Of a DNA stretch of 64,000 nucleotides, positions 20,535 through 29,513 are shown in pieces. The notes beneath the pieces were generated by a model, which made no database searches, was not told the DNA's origin, and saw nothing but the letters and a program-made list of their open reading frames with translations. The position numbers and the translations under genes are program-made. The stretch's first letter is position 1, and each line of letters opens with the position of its first letter. Source of the stretch: Candidatus Methylacidiphilales bacterium (GTDB taxonomy: Bacteria > Verrucomicrobiota > Verrucomicrobiia > Methylacidiphilales > JBCBYL01); contig JBHJOR010000008.1 of assembly GCA_050329585.1 (NCBI GenBank), forward strand, positions 1,481 to 65,480, in the 5' to 3' direction.

Positions 20535-21896
20535 TTATTCAGAGCGCAGGAGACTATCGAGCAGATTCAGTCCTTGGTTGACCTTCTCTTGAATTTTTTC
20601 TCCCGCAGCGCGCACCAAGGCTTCCTTCAGTCGAGGAGAGAGGTCTTCTCGGGGGCTGGAGGTGGTGCCGGAGATCTGGATTGGCGGCTGAGCCCAATGG
20701 AAACCGTTTTGCTCTAGGGTAAAAACGGTTTCTTTACTGCCTGGAAGGGAGGAGGCGACGTTTGGGCGAATGCCTAGGTTGAATGCTCCCGTCAACGTCT
20801 GATCCGGCAGGATATCCATCTGACCCTCTGCACGGAACAGACCGGGAGATTCCAAGACGATCGGGGCGCAATGCATCTGTTCTTCGCGGTAGTGAAAGGT
20901 GAGGTGAGTGGTGTCGAGCGCCAGTTCGGTCCATTGGTTTAGGCCGGTGGCGTGTTGAAGAGCTCTAAGGGCGGGAACTCCGATGAGACGGACGCCGTTA
21001 CCATCGGCATGACCGCGGATATCAAGGCGATTGTTTTGAAGCGTAGCGATGGCCTTGCCGTCCACCGTGCCCTGAGAGAATGACGCCCATTCCGGTGGAA
21101 CCAAGGCGGTGAGCGGGACTCCCTTGGCCTCTAGTTTGAGATCGGGAGACCAAGCCAGCTCGCGTATCAGTGAACCCGTTATACGGATCAGGCCCGCATC
21201 GGCTCCCAACCATTCGGATTCGGTCAGATCCAGCCGGTTATTTTCCCATTGTAAGCGTCCACTATTGAGTCGCCAGGCGGGGCGCTCGGGCCACAGAAGA
21301 TTCCCGTTGGAAAGGGATGCCCGCCATGCGCCGGAATCGTCCCGGATGGCGTGGCTTTTGATTTTTACGATTTGGTAGTTTCGACCGCTGCCGTCATGGA
21401 GTGATAGCGTTGTTGAGGCGGTGCGGATTTCTTTCACTTGAACATGGAACGGAATAAAAGGAGCCAACAGGGCTTGAAAGGCTGCCGACGTTTGAGGCGG
21501 CGCGGGTTCTGGTTCAGTTGCTGGAGAGTGTGAGTGAGTAGGAGAAGGGTGGAATTCGATTTCGACGGTTCCTACGTCCACACGATCGATACTCCAGCGG
21601 CGCGAAAATAGACCACGCCAGTCAATCTGAACGTGGATGTCTTCTACCCGGAGATGTGATGCGTAAGGGCCCATGACGCGACGACCTTCATAGCCTTTGC
21701 CAGAGAGTTTCCATCCATCCAACGAGAGGGCCATCCAGCTTCCTTCATAACCGGTGTGATGACGGGTCTGCTGGTTGAGCACCTCAAGCAGAGAGGGGCT
21801 GGTGAGAAATAAGCGGGGAATCCAGATCAAAATACCAACCAACATCACCAGACAGGACAATACGATCAGAATAAACCACATCAGGGTTTTAGGCAT
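20535..21896 (-). CDS. membrane-anchored periplasmic protein, AsmA-like
   Basis: 453 aa. N-terminal TM helix MWFILIVLSCLVMLVGILIW. Beta-rich body with AsmA/TamB-style segments (WSIDRVDVGTVEIEF). The family call is tentative; the CDS itself is solid. Confidence 0.5.
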   Translation of the reverse strand: MPKTLMWFILIVLSCLVMLVGILIWIPRLFLTSPSLLEVLNQQTRHHTGYEGSWMALSLDGWKLSGKGYEGRRVMGPYASHLRVEDIHVQIDWRGLFSRRWSIDRVDVGTVEIEFHPSPTHSHSPATEPEPAPPQTSAAFQALLAPFIPFHVQVKEIRTASTTLSLHDGSGRNYQIVKIKSHAIRDDSGAWRASLSNGNLLWPERPAWRLNSGRLQWENNRLDLTESEWLGADAGLIRITGSLIRELAWSPDLKLEAKGVPLTALVPPEWASFSQGTVDGKAIATLQNNRLDIRGHADGNGVRLIGVPALRALQHATGLNQWTELALDTTHLTFHYREEQMHCAPIVLESPGLFRAEGQMDILPDQTLTGAFNLGIRPNVASSLPGSKETVFTLEQNGFHWAQPPIQISGTTSSPREDLSPRLKEALVRAAGEKIQEKVNQGLNLLDSLLRSE

Positions 21897-21980
21897 AGCG
21901 GAGTTTAGACCGGACTGAATTTGAATGCAACGGGCTGATTTTTTTATTCGCAGATGATCTTGGATGGTTAGTGTTACTTT

Positions 21981-23711
21981 GTGCTTAAATTGAAGGACAT
22001 CACGGTGCGGGCAACCTCCGCACCGGATAGCGCGGTTTTATTGGATCGCGTGAATGTGAGCTACCAACTAGGCCACTTGGGAGCCATTGTGGGGCCTTCG
22101 GGTTGCGGCAAAAGCACCCTTCTTAAAACCATTGCCGGCTTGTGGGAGCCGGGAGAAGGAGAGATTTGGTGGCGCGGTCGCAATGTGGATGCAGATGAAG
22201 ATTTTTACCCATCGGAGTTGGGGTATGTCCCACAGTTTTCAATATTTCACGGGCGTTTGACGGTTCGGGAGGTGGTGACGACGGCCACGCGTTTGCGCAC
22301 CCGACGGGGGGATCGAGGCGTGCCGGTTAGCCAGTGGGTGGACGATATTCTCAGTCAGGTTGGATTAGATGAAATCGGAGATCGGCGCACGGAAGTGTTG
22401 TCGGGTGGTCAGATGCGACGCTTGGGTTTGGCCTTGGAAATGGTGACGCGGCCCTCGTTGTTGTTGTGCGATGAAGTGACCAGTGGTTTGGATCCTCATA
22501 GTGAGGATGAAGTGGTGGGGCTGATCCGCAGTCTGGCCAGAGATCAACAAAGGCTGGTGCTTTCAGTGACTCACAGCCTGAGGCATCTCCACTATTATGA
22601 CAGCGTAACGGTATTAAAGGCGGGTCGATTGGTTTTTCTGGGGCCTCCGGATCACTTATTGCCTTTTTTTCGTGTAAATTCTGCCGAGGATGTTTTTCCG
22701 GCTTTGGAGGATGTTTCGCTTGAGGAATGGCAGGAACGCTTCGGCTTGTATGAGCCTTATGAGCAATCAGTAATGAATTCCGTCCAGACGCTGGAGATCG
22801 AGAGTTCGGAGGTTGAGGAACCGGAGATGGGCGCAAAGTCAATGGGTGTAATGCGTGAACCCAATGCACTGGTGCAAGCTGGGGTTTTAATGGGGCGCAG
22901 GCTACGGCTGTTCATACGTGATCCCGCTCAAATCGGATTGCAGGCCGCTCTGGTTCTGATTTTTCCGCTGATGGTGGCGCTGTTTGCTTATCAAGGTCTG
23001 CCCGAAATACGCAATATGAGTATGACCGCAGATCAGAACGTCTTAGAGGATCTCAAAGATCGGTTGCAATACACCATTCAGACTAGCCGCGTGGGGGGAT
23101 TGGTTTCCGGGTTAGTGATGTTCCAAGTGGTCTTGCTGACGCTAATGGGAGCTAACAACGCCGCGAGGGAAATAGCCAATGAGCGGCATATTATTGAAAA
23201 AGAAAAATTATCAGGGGTTCGCTCTTCTTCGATTCTGGCAAGTAAGTTGGTCTATTTAGTTCCCTTAGTATTGGTACAAGCATGCTGGATGGCGGTGTTT
23301 GTCAAGTGGGTTGGGGATATCCCCGGAGACGCCATGATGCAGTGGTGGATGTTGATTGGTGTCACCGGGGCGATGACCGCCACCAGCTTGGCTATCTCAG
23401 CATGGGCTGCCAACTCAGAACAGGCTTCACTCATTTCGATTTATTTGGTGGGGTTCCAACTGCCTCTTTCAGGAACCGTGCTGGCACTCCCCGATTTCAT
23501 CGCGCCTTTGGTTCGCCCCTTCATTGCCGCGTATTGGTCCTGGTCCGGCTATTTGCAGGGATTAAGCGACTCACGGTTTTATGACATGGTAACCCAAATC
23601 ACTCACACCCCGGTGGCTGAGTTTTTCCCTTCCTGTCTGATGTTGTCAGTGCATGTACTAACTGGTATTTTTCTGACTTGGCTGGGGCTAACTCGATCGC
23701 AATGGAAATAG
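21981..23711 (+). CDS. ABC transporter, fused ATPase-permease (ABCG / ABC-2 type half transporter)
   Basis: GTG start. Walker A GPSGCGKST, signature LSGGQMRR, Walker B LLLCDEVTSGLD. C-terminal half has about 6 TM segments. Confidence 0.85.
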   Translation: MLKLKDITVRATSAPDSAVLLDRVNVSYQLGHLGAIVGPSGCGKSTLLKTIAGLWEPGEGEIWWRGRNVDADEDFYPSELGYVPQFSIFHGRLTVREVVTTATRLRTRRGDRGVPVSQWVDDILSQVGLDEIGDRRTEVLSGGQMRRLGLALEMVTRPSLLLCDEVTSGLDPHSEDEVVGLIRSLARDQQRLVLSVTHSLRHLHYYDSVTVLKAGRLVFLGPPDHLLPFFRVNSAEDVFPALEDVSLEEWQERFGLYEPYEQSVMNSVQTLEIESSEVEEPEMGAKSMGVMREPNALVQAGVLMGRRLRLFIRDPAQIGLQAALVLIFPLMVALFAYQGLPEIRNMSMTADQNVLEDLKDRLQYTIQTSRVGGLVSGLVMFQVVLLTLMGANNAAREIANERHIIEKEKLSGVRSSSILASKLVYLVPLVLVQACWMAVFVKWVGDIPGDAMMQWWMLIGVTGAMTATSLAISAWAANSEQASLISIYLVGFQLPLSGTVLALPDFIAPLVRPFIAAYWSWSGYLQGLSDSRFYDMVTQITHTPVAEFFPSCLMLSVHVLTGIFLTWLGLTRSQWK

Positions 23712-23800
23712 ACAGCTTGTAGCTGAAAAAAGGGTTCTGTTTAGGTCAGGAATTTAGTATTGTTACCCGGATAGGTAAGCCATAAGGTATAATCACTACC

Positions 23801-24205
23801 ATGGCCAGACGTGCACAATCCCGCATTTCACTTTTTCACGTTATGGCGGGTGTGGGAACGATTCTGCTTTTGTCAGTGGTGATGCATTTTGTTTTTTCTC
23901 AAAGTAAATCCACCTACCGCACCACCCCCGTCTTGAACGTCGAAGATTATTTGGACAATGCTAACAGTCTGCGGGGCAACACTTACCGGCTTGAAGGAAT
24001 CGTTCAACATTCTCTGGCCTGGTCATCGAGCTACGGGCGACTTTTTTCAGTGGAGGTGGAGGAAGCCCGCCGGGCGGTTTTGGTGCCACTTTTGATTCCC
24101 TCCGAACTCAATGCGGTGAATGTTCAGCGAGGTCAACGTTTTGTTTTTCAGCTTGAAGTAGTGGAGAACGGCATGCTGCGGGTATTGAGTATGGAGAAAT
24201 CCTGA
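23801..24205 (+). CDS. hypothetical membrane-anchored protein
   Basis: 134 aa with one N-terminal TM helix. TATAAT at 23788..23793 sits only 7 nt before the ATG. Confidence 0.6.
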   Translation: MARRAQSRISLFHVMAGVGTILLLSVVMHFVFSQSKSTYRTTPVLNVEDYLDNANSLRGNTYRLEGIVQHSLAWSSSYGRLFSVEVEEARRAVLVPLLIPSELNAVNVQRGQRFVFQLEVVENGMLRVLSMEKS

Positions 24206-24206
24206 T

Positions 24207-26138
24207 ATGAAAACAGCTTGGTCAGTGATTGCTCTATGCGCGGTTTTATTCAGTCTGATGCCAGTCTATGGTCAATCCCCCGATTTGCTAGGCCCTGGCA
24301 AAGCCTCATCCCAACCATCTCCCGGTGGTTCACGAAGCGAATCCGCCGAAACATCCCAAAGTTCATCGACCAACTCATCTAGATCCCAAGATTTTAATTT
24401 AGGCCAAGATATACCATTTATGGATCCCTCCGACGGCACCGTCGCATGGGGCGGTAAACTATGGAATATCGAGAACAACCGGCTCTTCCGTGCTCAGTTT
24501 GAGAGTTATCTCAATACTGAAAGTGATACACTGGAAGCGGATCGGGAATACCGTGAGCTGTTGAAAGAAATGATGCGTCTGTTATCGACACGCCAGGTTT
24601 CACCCTCCGCGTTGGATAAAGCGGTGGATCTGCTTCCTAAAGCTTCCAGTTATCCAATCGACGCCAATTTGTGCGACGCTCTAGCCAGCACCATTTATAA
24701 CGTTTGGCAGGCCCAAAACGAACAACAGCGCATCGATCGCAGTAACCGGAATCTTGAAAGAGAAAAAGAGCTGGCTGAATGGAATGCTCAGGCGGGCATA
24801 ACCACCGGCTTACAACGCTCTCCGCCTGCTAATCCGGAAGCTGCCAAAGTGTGGCAGGAAGAACAGCAGCTCCGCCGTGATTTGAACATGGTGCCCTACC
24901 TCAAAAGGGCGGCAGAGCTGGAAACCATGATGCTGGCCAACCGCGCTAAAAAAGAACTCTCCGAAGTTCAGGCCAAAATCAATTTCCAAATTCTCATCAC
25001 CCAATTCTTCTTCCAACGCCGCTTTGAACACACCCTTCTAGCCATCCGCTTCTATCAATCCATCTTTACCGATGGGGACTCCAAACTCCGAGTCGGCGGC
25101 GAAATGGAAAAAACCTTTACCGAAACCACCGGTGCACCCCCCACCTTGGCGGTCATTGAATCGTTGGCCCAGCAAGCTGTCAGCGATGTCGAAAAAGGCG
25201 TGGAAGCCTTCGGGTTCCTTCTTGATAAAAAGGAACTTAACGGAGCCACCGAGCGACTGATGGAGGCTTTTGCTATCGGGCAGTATCTTCCTGTGGTGCG
25301 TTCGCTTCCTCGCGAACAGAAACGACGGGTTCTTGAATATCAACAGCATCGCAACCGACTGCTCTCAGCACTCGAAGTTCGGGATTACGGCCAAGCGGAG
25401 GAGCTGATCCAAAAACTGGAATCCATGGCCGGAGATTTTGATTCATCTAAAGCCCAAGCGGTCGTGCAGACGGCCAAAACGGTCAGTGCTATGCACTTGG
25501 TCAAAGCTCGCGCCTCCGCCACCTCCGGCGACCGCACCCTGTTAGAATCCGAACTCAAAGCAGCGGCTGAAATCTGGCCGCGTAACCCCGCGCTGGCGGA
25601 ATTTACCAAAGAAATTTTCACCCAAGCCGATGCTCAGCAGCAGGCCATCAACGAACTCGACCGGCTTATTCAAACCAAAAATTATCGCGAGATCTTCAAC
25701 AACCAAATGCGCTACATCGCCGCCGTTGCCCTTTACCCTGAAAAACAAGAGTCCCTTAAAACCATTCTTGAGGAAATGCATCATCTGCAAGGCACCATGA
25801 TGAGGGCCGAGGAACTCAGTTCACGCGGTGATCACGCCGGGGGGTGGGAGTGCCTTGAAATGGTCATTGAACGGTTTACCTACGACCGGGAAATCAACCA
25901 ACTTCGGGCCGAGCTGACCACTCGGGCTTCGGATTTTGTGCGTCATCTTAGACGGGCTCAGGAGCTGGAGAAAGACGGACAAGTCGGATCCAGTCTGGCT
26001 TGGTATCTTAATGCCCAAAAAATCTACCCCATGAGCCTGTTGGCCCGCGAAGGCATTGACCGTGTGGTGGCTCACATGGTTCCAACGGGCCCGAATTTTT
26101 CAGATAGCCTCAGCACTTCCCAGGACGTGTTGCGCTGA
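24207..26138 (+). CDS. hypothetical secreted all-helical protein
   Basis: 643 aa. Signal peptide, S/Q-rich linker, then a long helical body. Starts 1 nt after the previous stop. Confidence 0.7.
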   Translation: MKTAWSVIALCAVLFSLMPVYGQSPDLLGPGKASSQPSPGGSRSESAETSQSSSTNSSRSQDFNLGQDIPFMDPSDGTVAWGGKLWNIENNRLFRAQFESYLNTESDTLEADREYRELLKEMMRLLSTRQVSPSALDKAVDLLPKASSYPIDANLCDALASTIYNVWQAQNEQQRIDRSNRNLEREKELAEWNAQAGITTGLQRSPPANPEAAKVWQEEQQLRRDLNMVPYLKRAAELETMMLANRAKKELSEVQAKINFQILITQFFFQRRFEHTLLAIRFYQSIFTDGDSKLRVGGEMEKTFTETTGAPPTLAVIESLAQQAVSDVEKGVEAFGFLLDKKELNGATERLMEAFAIGQYLPVVRSLPREQKRRVLEYQQHRNRLLSALEVRDYGQAEELIQKLESMAGDFDSSKAQAVVQTAKTVSAMHLVKARASATSGDRTLLESELKAAAEIWPRNPALAEFTKEIFTQADAQQQAINELDRLIQTKNYREIFNNQMRYIAAVALYPEKQESLKTILEEMHHLQGTMMRAEELSSRGDHAGGWECLEMVIERFTYDREINQLRAELTTRASDFVRHLRRAQELEKDGQVGSSLAWYLNAQKIYPMSLLAREGIDRVVAHMVPTGPNFSDSLSTSQDVLR

Positions 26139-26162
26139 ACGGATTTTTTTAGTGTCATCCTC

Positions 26163-26205
26163 GGTTGTTAAAGTCCTCTACAACCCGATAATTATCGTTT
26201 TTTTT
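26163..26205 (+). terminator. candidate intrinsic terminator of the 24207..26138 gene
   Basis: GGTTGT...ACAACC stem, then the CGATAATTATCG hairpin, directly followed by a run of 8 T (26198..26205). Confidence 0.5.
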
Positions 26206-26394
26206 ACATCTAAAGGTGTAATGCGGGTATTTCAAACATCTTGCCATCCAATACTAAGATGCGTTAAGATTATCAATGCAATGGTCGCTATCTCTGCGTC
26301 ATTAGTCATCCACTTCCGGCAAATGTACGGCATTTTATTGGATTGGCATGGCGCATGCTTAAATCTTTTTGAACCCCAAACCAAGGAGGCAAAA

Positions 26395-26559
26395 GTGAGA
26401 AAGAACAGCAGCAGTCACAGCAAAATGACCGAATCCTATAAACACTACTCCGGAAAAGAAAGCAGCGGAAGGCACTTCAAGAGGCTGGCTCACCGGAACG
26501 AGCGCCACCAAACCAAGCGATCCCTCTCACAAATTCTCTGGGCTGGTGAAATGGCTTAA
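26395..26559 (+). CDS. small basic hypothetical protein (54 aa)
   Basis: AAGGAGG at 26383..26389 sits 5 nt before GTG 26395. The product is rich in K/R/H/S. A strong terminator follows. An alternative longer start is ATG 26221 after AAGGTG. Confidence 0.35.
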   Translation: MRKNSSSHSKMTESYKHYSGKESSGRHFKRLAHRNERHQTKRSLSQILWAGEMA

Positions 26560-26584
26560 TCAGCCCCGAATCCCCCAGTTCCAG

Positions 26585-26613
26585 AAAGCCGCCTATTCAG
26601 GCGGCTTTTTTTT
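26585..26613. terminator. bidirectional intrinsic terminator (small ORF on +, gcvP on -)
   Basis: AAAGCCGCC-TATTCA-GGCGGCTTT hairpin followed by a T-run on the plus strand. A-rich 5' flank gives a weaker U-tract on the minus strand. Confidence 0.7.
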
Positions 26614-26642
26614 ACCTCACCTCTTTTTAAAAGTGATCGTTT

Positions 26643-29486
26643 TTAGTCAGCACGTTCAGGTTTCTGGCAGGAACAAAATAGATTGCGATCCCCATAGACG
26701 TTATCAACCCGTTTGACTGGAGGCCAATATTTAGCTTTCAACAAAGAGGGCAGTGGGAAGACCGCTTCGTTTCGGGTGTACGCATGGGGCCATTCGCCTG
26801 CCAATTCCGCTGCAGTGTGAGGCGCGTTTTTCAAGGGATTGTCATCGCGCGGCCACTGGCCGGATGCGACCTTCATTATTTCACCATGAATCGAAAGCAT
26901 GGCGTCACAGAAACGATCCATCTCTGCCTTGGATTCGCTTTCCGTAGGTTCAACCATCAATGTGCCCGGCACTGGCCACGACATGGTGGGCGCGTGGAAT
27001 CCATAATCCATCAATCGCTTGGCCACATCCTCCACTTCTATCCCTGCTGAGCTTTTAAAGCCGCGCAGATCGAGAATACATTCGTGGGCGACCCGGCCAT
27101 GGGTGCCGGAATAGAGCACCGGAAAAAAGGAGGCCAAACGGCGTGCAATGTAGTTGGCATTAAGCATGGCTATCTGTGATGCACGGCGAAGCCCTACGCC
27201 TCCCATCATGGCGATGTAGGCCCATGAAATGGTGAGAATGCAACCGCTGCCAAAGGGTGTTGCCGATACCGCGCCAGCAGGAACGGTGCTGAAATCCTCC
27301 AGGGGATGAGCAGGAAGGAAAGGCGCTAAGTGGGAGGCCACCGCGATGGGCCCCATGCCCGGTCCTCCACCTCCGTGGGGAATACAGAATGTTTTGTGCA
27401 AGTTAAGATGACAGACATCAGCACCGATCGCGGCGGGGTGAGTCAGTCCAACTTGGGCGTTCATATTAGCCCCATCCATATACACCTGCCCGCCGTGGTC
27501 GTGTATGATTCGGCAGATCTCTTGAATGTCCGCCTCAAACACGCCGTGAGTGGAGGGGTAAGTCACCATGGCGGCTGCCAGATGTTCAGCATGTTCAGAG
27601 GCTTTGGCCGCCATGTCAGCTACATCGATATTGCCCGAGTCATCACATCGAACCACCACCACCCGGTATCCGATCATGACCGCACTGGCAAAGTTGGTGC
27701 CATGGGCGGACTGGGGAATCAAGCAGATGGTGCGGTTGCCCTGCCCCATGGATAATTGGTATTTACGAATGGCCAGCAAGCCCGCGTATTCGCCCTGTGA
27801 TCCGGCGTTGGGTTGCAGAGAAACCGCGGAAAATCCGGTCAGTGCGCTGAGCCAGCGTTCCAAATCACGGCAAAGCTCATGGTATCCCTCCGCCTGATCA
27901 GCGGGCGCAAACGGATGAATCTCGGCAAACCCCGGCCACGAAAGAGGCATCATTTCCGCTGCGGCATTCAGCTTCATGGTGCAAGATCCCAGCGGGATCA
28001 TTGAGTGGGTCAGGGAGATGTCTTTGTTCTCAAGGTGTTTGAGGTAGCGCATCATTTCCGTTTCCGAGCGATATGAATGAAATACAGGATAATTCAGAAT
28101 GGCATCCTGACGCTCCGGATAGGAAGAGCCCGGGAAAGCTGTGACGTTCAGAGCCATCGATGGATCCGAGGTCAGGCAAGCTGCCAATGCGCGGATTTCT
28201 GTTTCATCGGATCGTTCGTCGAGGCTGATGGCGATGCCGTCAGCAAGGCGGCGGAAATTGTATCCCGCATTCAAGCCTCGGCTCAGCCACGATTCAATCA
28301 GATCATCATTGCCGTCCAGCACTACGGTATCAAAGCGGATTCCCGAACGAACTGGCAGACCGGCAGAGGTTAGGCTGGAGGTTAGCAGATGGGTATGCGC
28401 GGCGATACGGCGGGCGATCTGCTTCAGACCTTCCGGACCGTGATATACCGAATACATGGAAGCGATGACTGCGGGGAGCACTTGAGCCGTGCAGATATTG
28501 CTGGTCGCTTTGTCGCGTCGGATATGTTGTTCCCGGGTTTGAAGTGAAAGCCGGCAGGCGGGTTGGCCGGCCGCATCTTTGGAGACACCGATGAGGCGGC
28601 CCGGCATAACTCGTTTGTAGGCGTCTCGGGTGGCTAAGTAGGCTGCGTGGGGACCTCCCCAACCAAGCGGTAGTCCAAATCTTTGGCTGCTTCCGACCAC
28701 CACATCAGCACCAAAGTGGCCGGGTGGCCTCAGCCAGGCCAGTGCCAACAAATCAGCAGCGACAATGAAAAGAATTCCTTTTTCCTTTAGTCCCGCGGAG
28801 AGAGAGTCCAGTGAGCGGATTTCACCCAGGGTGTCCGGGTATTGGGCCAGCACCGCAAAAAAAGAAGAATCCAAAGCGTCTTCTTCATTGAAGATCGTGA
28901 CCACTTCTATGCCCAATACCTCCATGCGCGTATGAACCACATGACGCGTTTGGGGATGACAATGGGAAAAGACCGCCACCTTTTTTTTCTGAGGATCCTT
29001 ATTCAGCGCATAGCACATACCCACTGCTTCTGCGGATGCGGTGGCCTCATCCAACAAGGAAGCGTTCGCGATCTCCATGCCCGTAAGATCGGCCACCAAG
29101 GTTTGGAAATTCAGCAGAGCTTCCATGCGACCCTGAGAGATCTCGGCCTGATACGGGGTATAGGCCGTATACCATCCGGGGTTCTCTAAAACATTACGTT
29201 GGATGACCGGTGGAAGAATCGTGGCATAGTAACCACACCCGATCAGTGATCGAAGCACGCGGTTTTTCCCGGCCAGCGCCCGCAGGTGAGATAATGACTG
29301 GCCTTCGGTCAGCGGATAAAGATCCGACAACGGAGTAGAAACACGGATCGGCTCAGGAATAATTTCTTCAGATAGTGAATCAAGGGTGGAAGCTCCGATG
29401 GTCGCAAGCATCGAAGCGACTTCCTCAGAACGGGGACCTAAATGGCGGGAGGTGAAACAGTCGGGATGAGAAAGATCGTTCATCAA
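26643..29486 (-). CDS. gcvP: glycine dehydrogenase (decarboxylating), single-chain P protein
   Basis: 947 aa. Motifs YTPYQAEISQGRLEA-like (YTPYQAEISQGRMEALL), NLHKTFCIPHGGGGPG (PLP lysine) and TESESKAEMDRF. Confidence 0.95.
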   Translation of the reverse strand: MMNDLSHPDCFTSRHLGPRSEEVASMLATIGASTLDSLSEEIIPEPIRVSTPLSDLYPLTEGQSLSHLRALAGKNRVLRSLIGCGYYATILPPVIQRNVLENPGWYTAYTPYQAEISQGRMEALLNFQTLVADLTGMEIANASLLDEATASAEAVGMCYALNKDPQKKKVAVFSHCHPQTRHVVHTRMEVLGIEVVTIFNEEDALDSSFFAVLAQYPDTLGEIRSLDSLSAGLKEKGILFIVAADLLALAWLRPPGHFGADVVVGSSQRFGLPLGWGGPHAAYLATRDAYKRVMPGRLIGVSKDAAGQPACRLSLQTREQHIRRDKATSNICTAQVLPAVIASMYSVYHGPEGLKQIARRIAAHTHLLTSSLTSAGLPVRSGIRFDTVVLDGNDDLIESWLSRGLNAGYNFRRLADGIAISLDERSDETEIRALAACLTSDPSMALNVTAFPGSSYPERQDAILNYPVFHSYRSETEMMRYLKHLENKDISLTHSMIPLGSCTMKLNAAAEMMPLSWPGFAEIHPFAPADQAEGYHELCRDLERWLSALTGFSAVSLQPNAGSQGEYAGLLAIRKYQLSMGQGNRTICLIPQSAHGTNFASAVMIGYRVVVVRCDDSGNIDVADMAAKASEHAEHLAAAMVTYPSTHGVFEADIQEICRIIHDHGGQVYMDGANMNAQVGLTHPAAIGADVCHLNLHKTFCIPHGGGGPGMGPIAVASHLAPFLPAHPLEDFSTVPAGAVSATPFGSGCILTISWAYIAMMGGVGLRRASQIAMLNANYIARRLASFFPVLYSGTHGRVAHECILDLRGFKSSAGIEVEDVAKRLMDYGFHAPTMSWPVPGTLMVEPTESESKAEMDRFCDAMLSIHGEIMKVASGQWPRDDNPLKNAPHTAAELAGEWPHAYTRNEAVFPLPSLLKAKYWPPVKRVDNVYGDRNLFCSCQKPERAD

Positions 29487-29513
29487 ATTGATTTAAGCCT
29501 TTCTTACAAGAGT

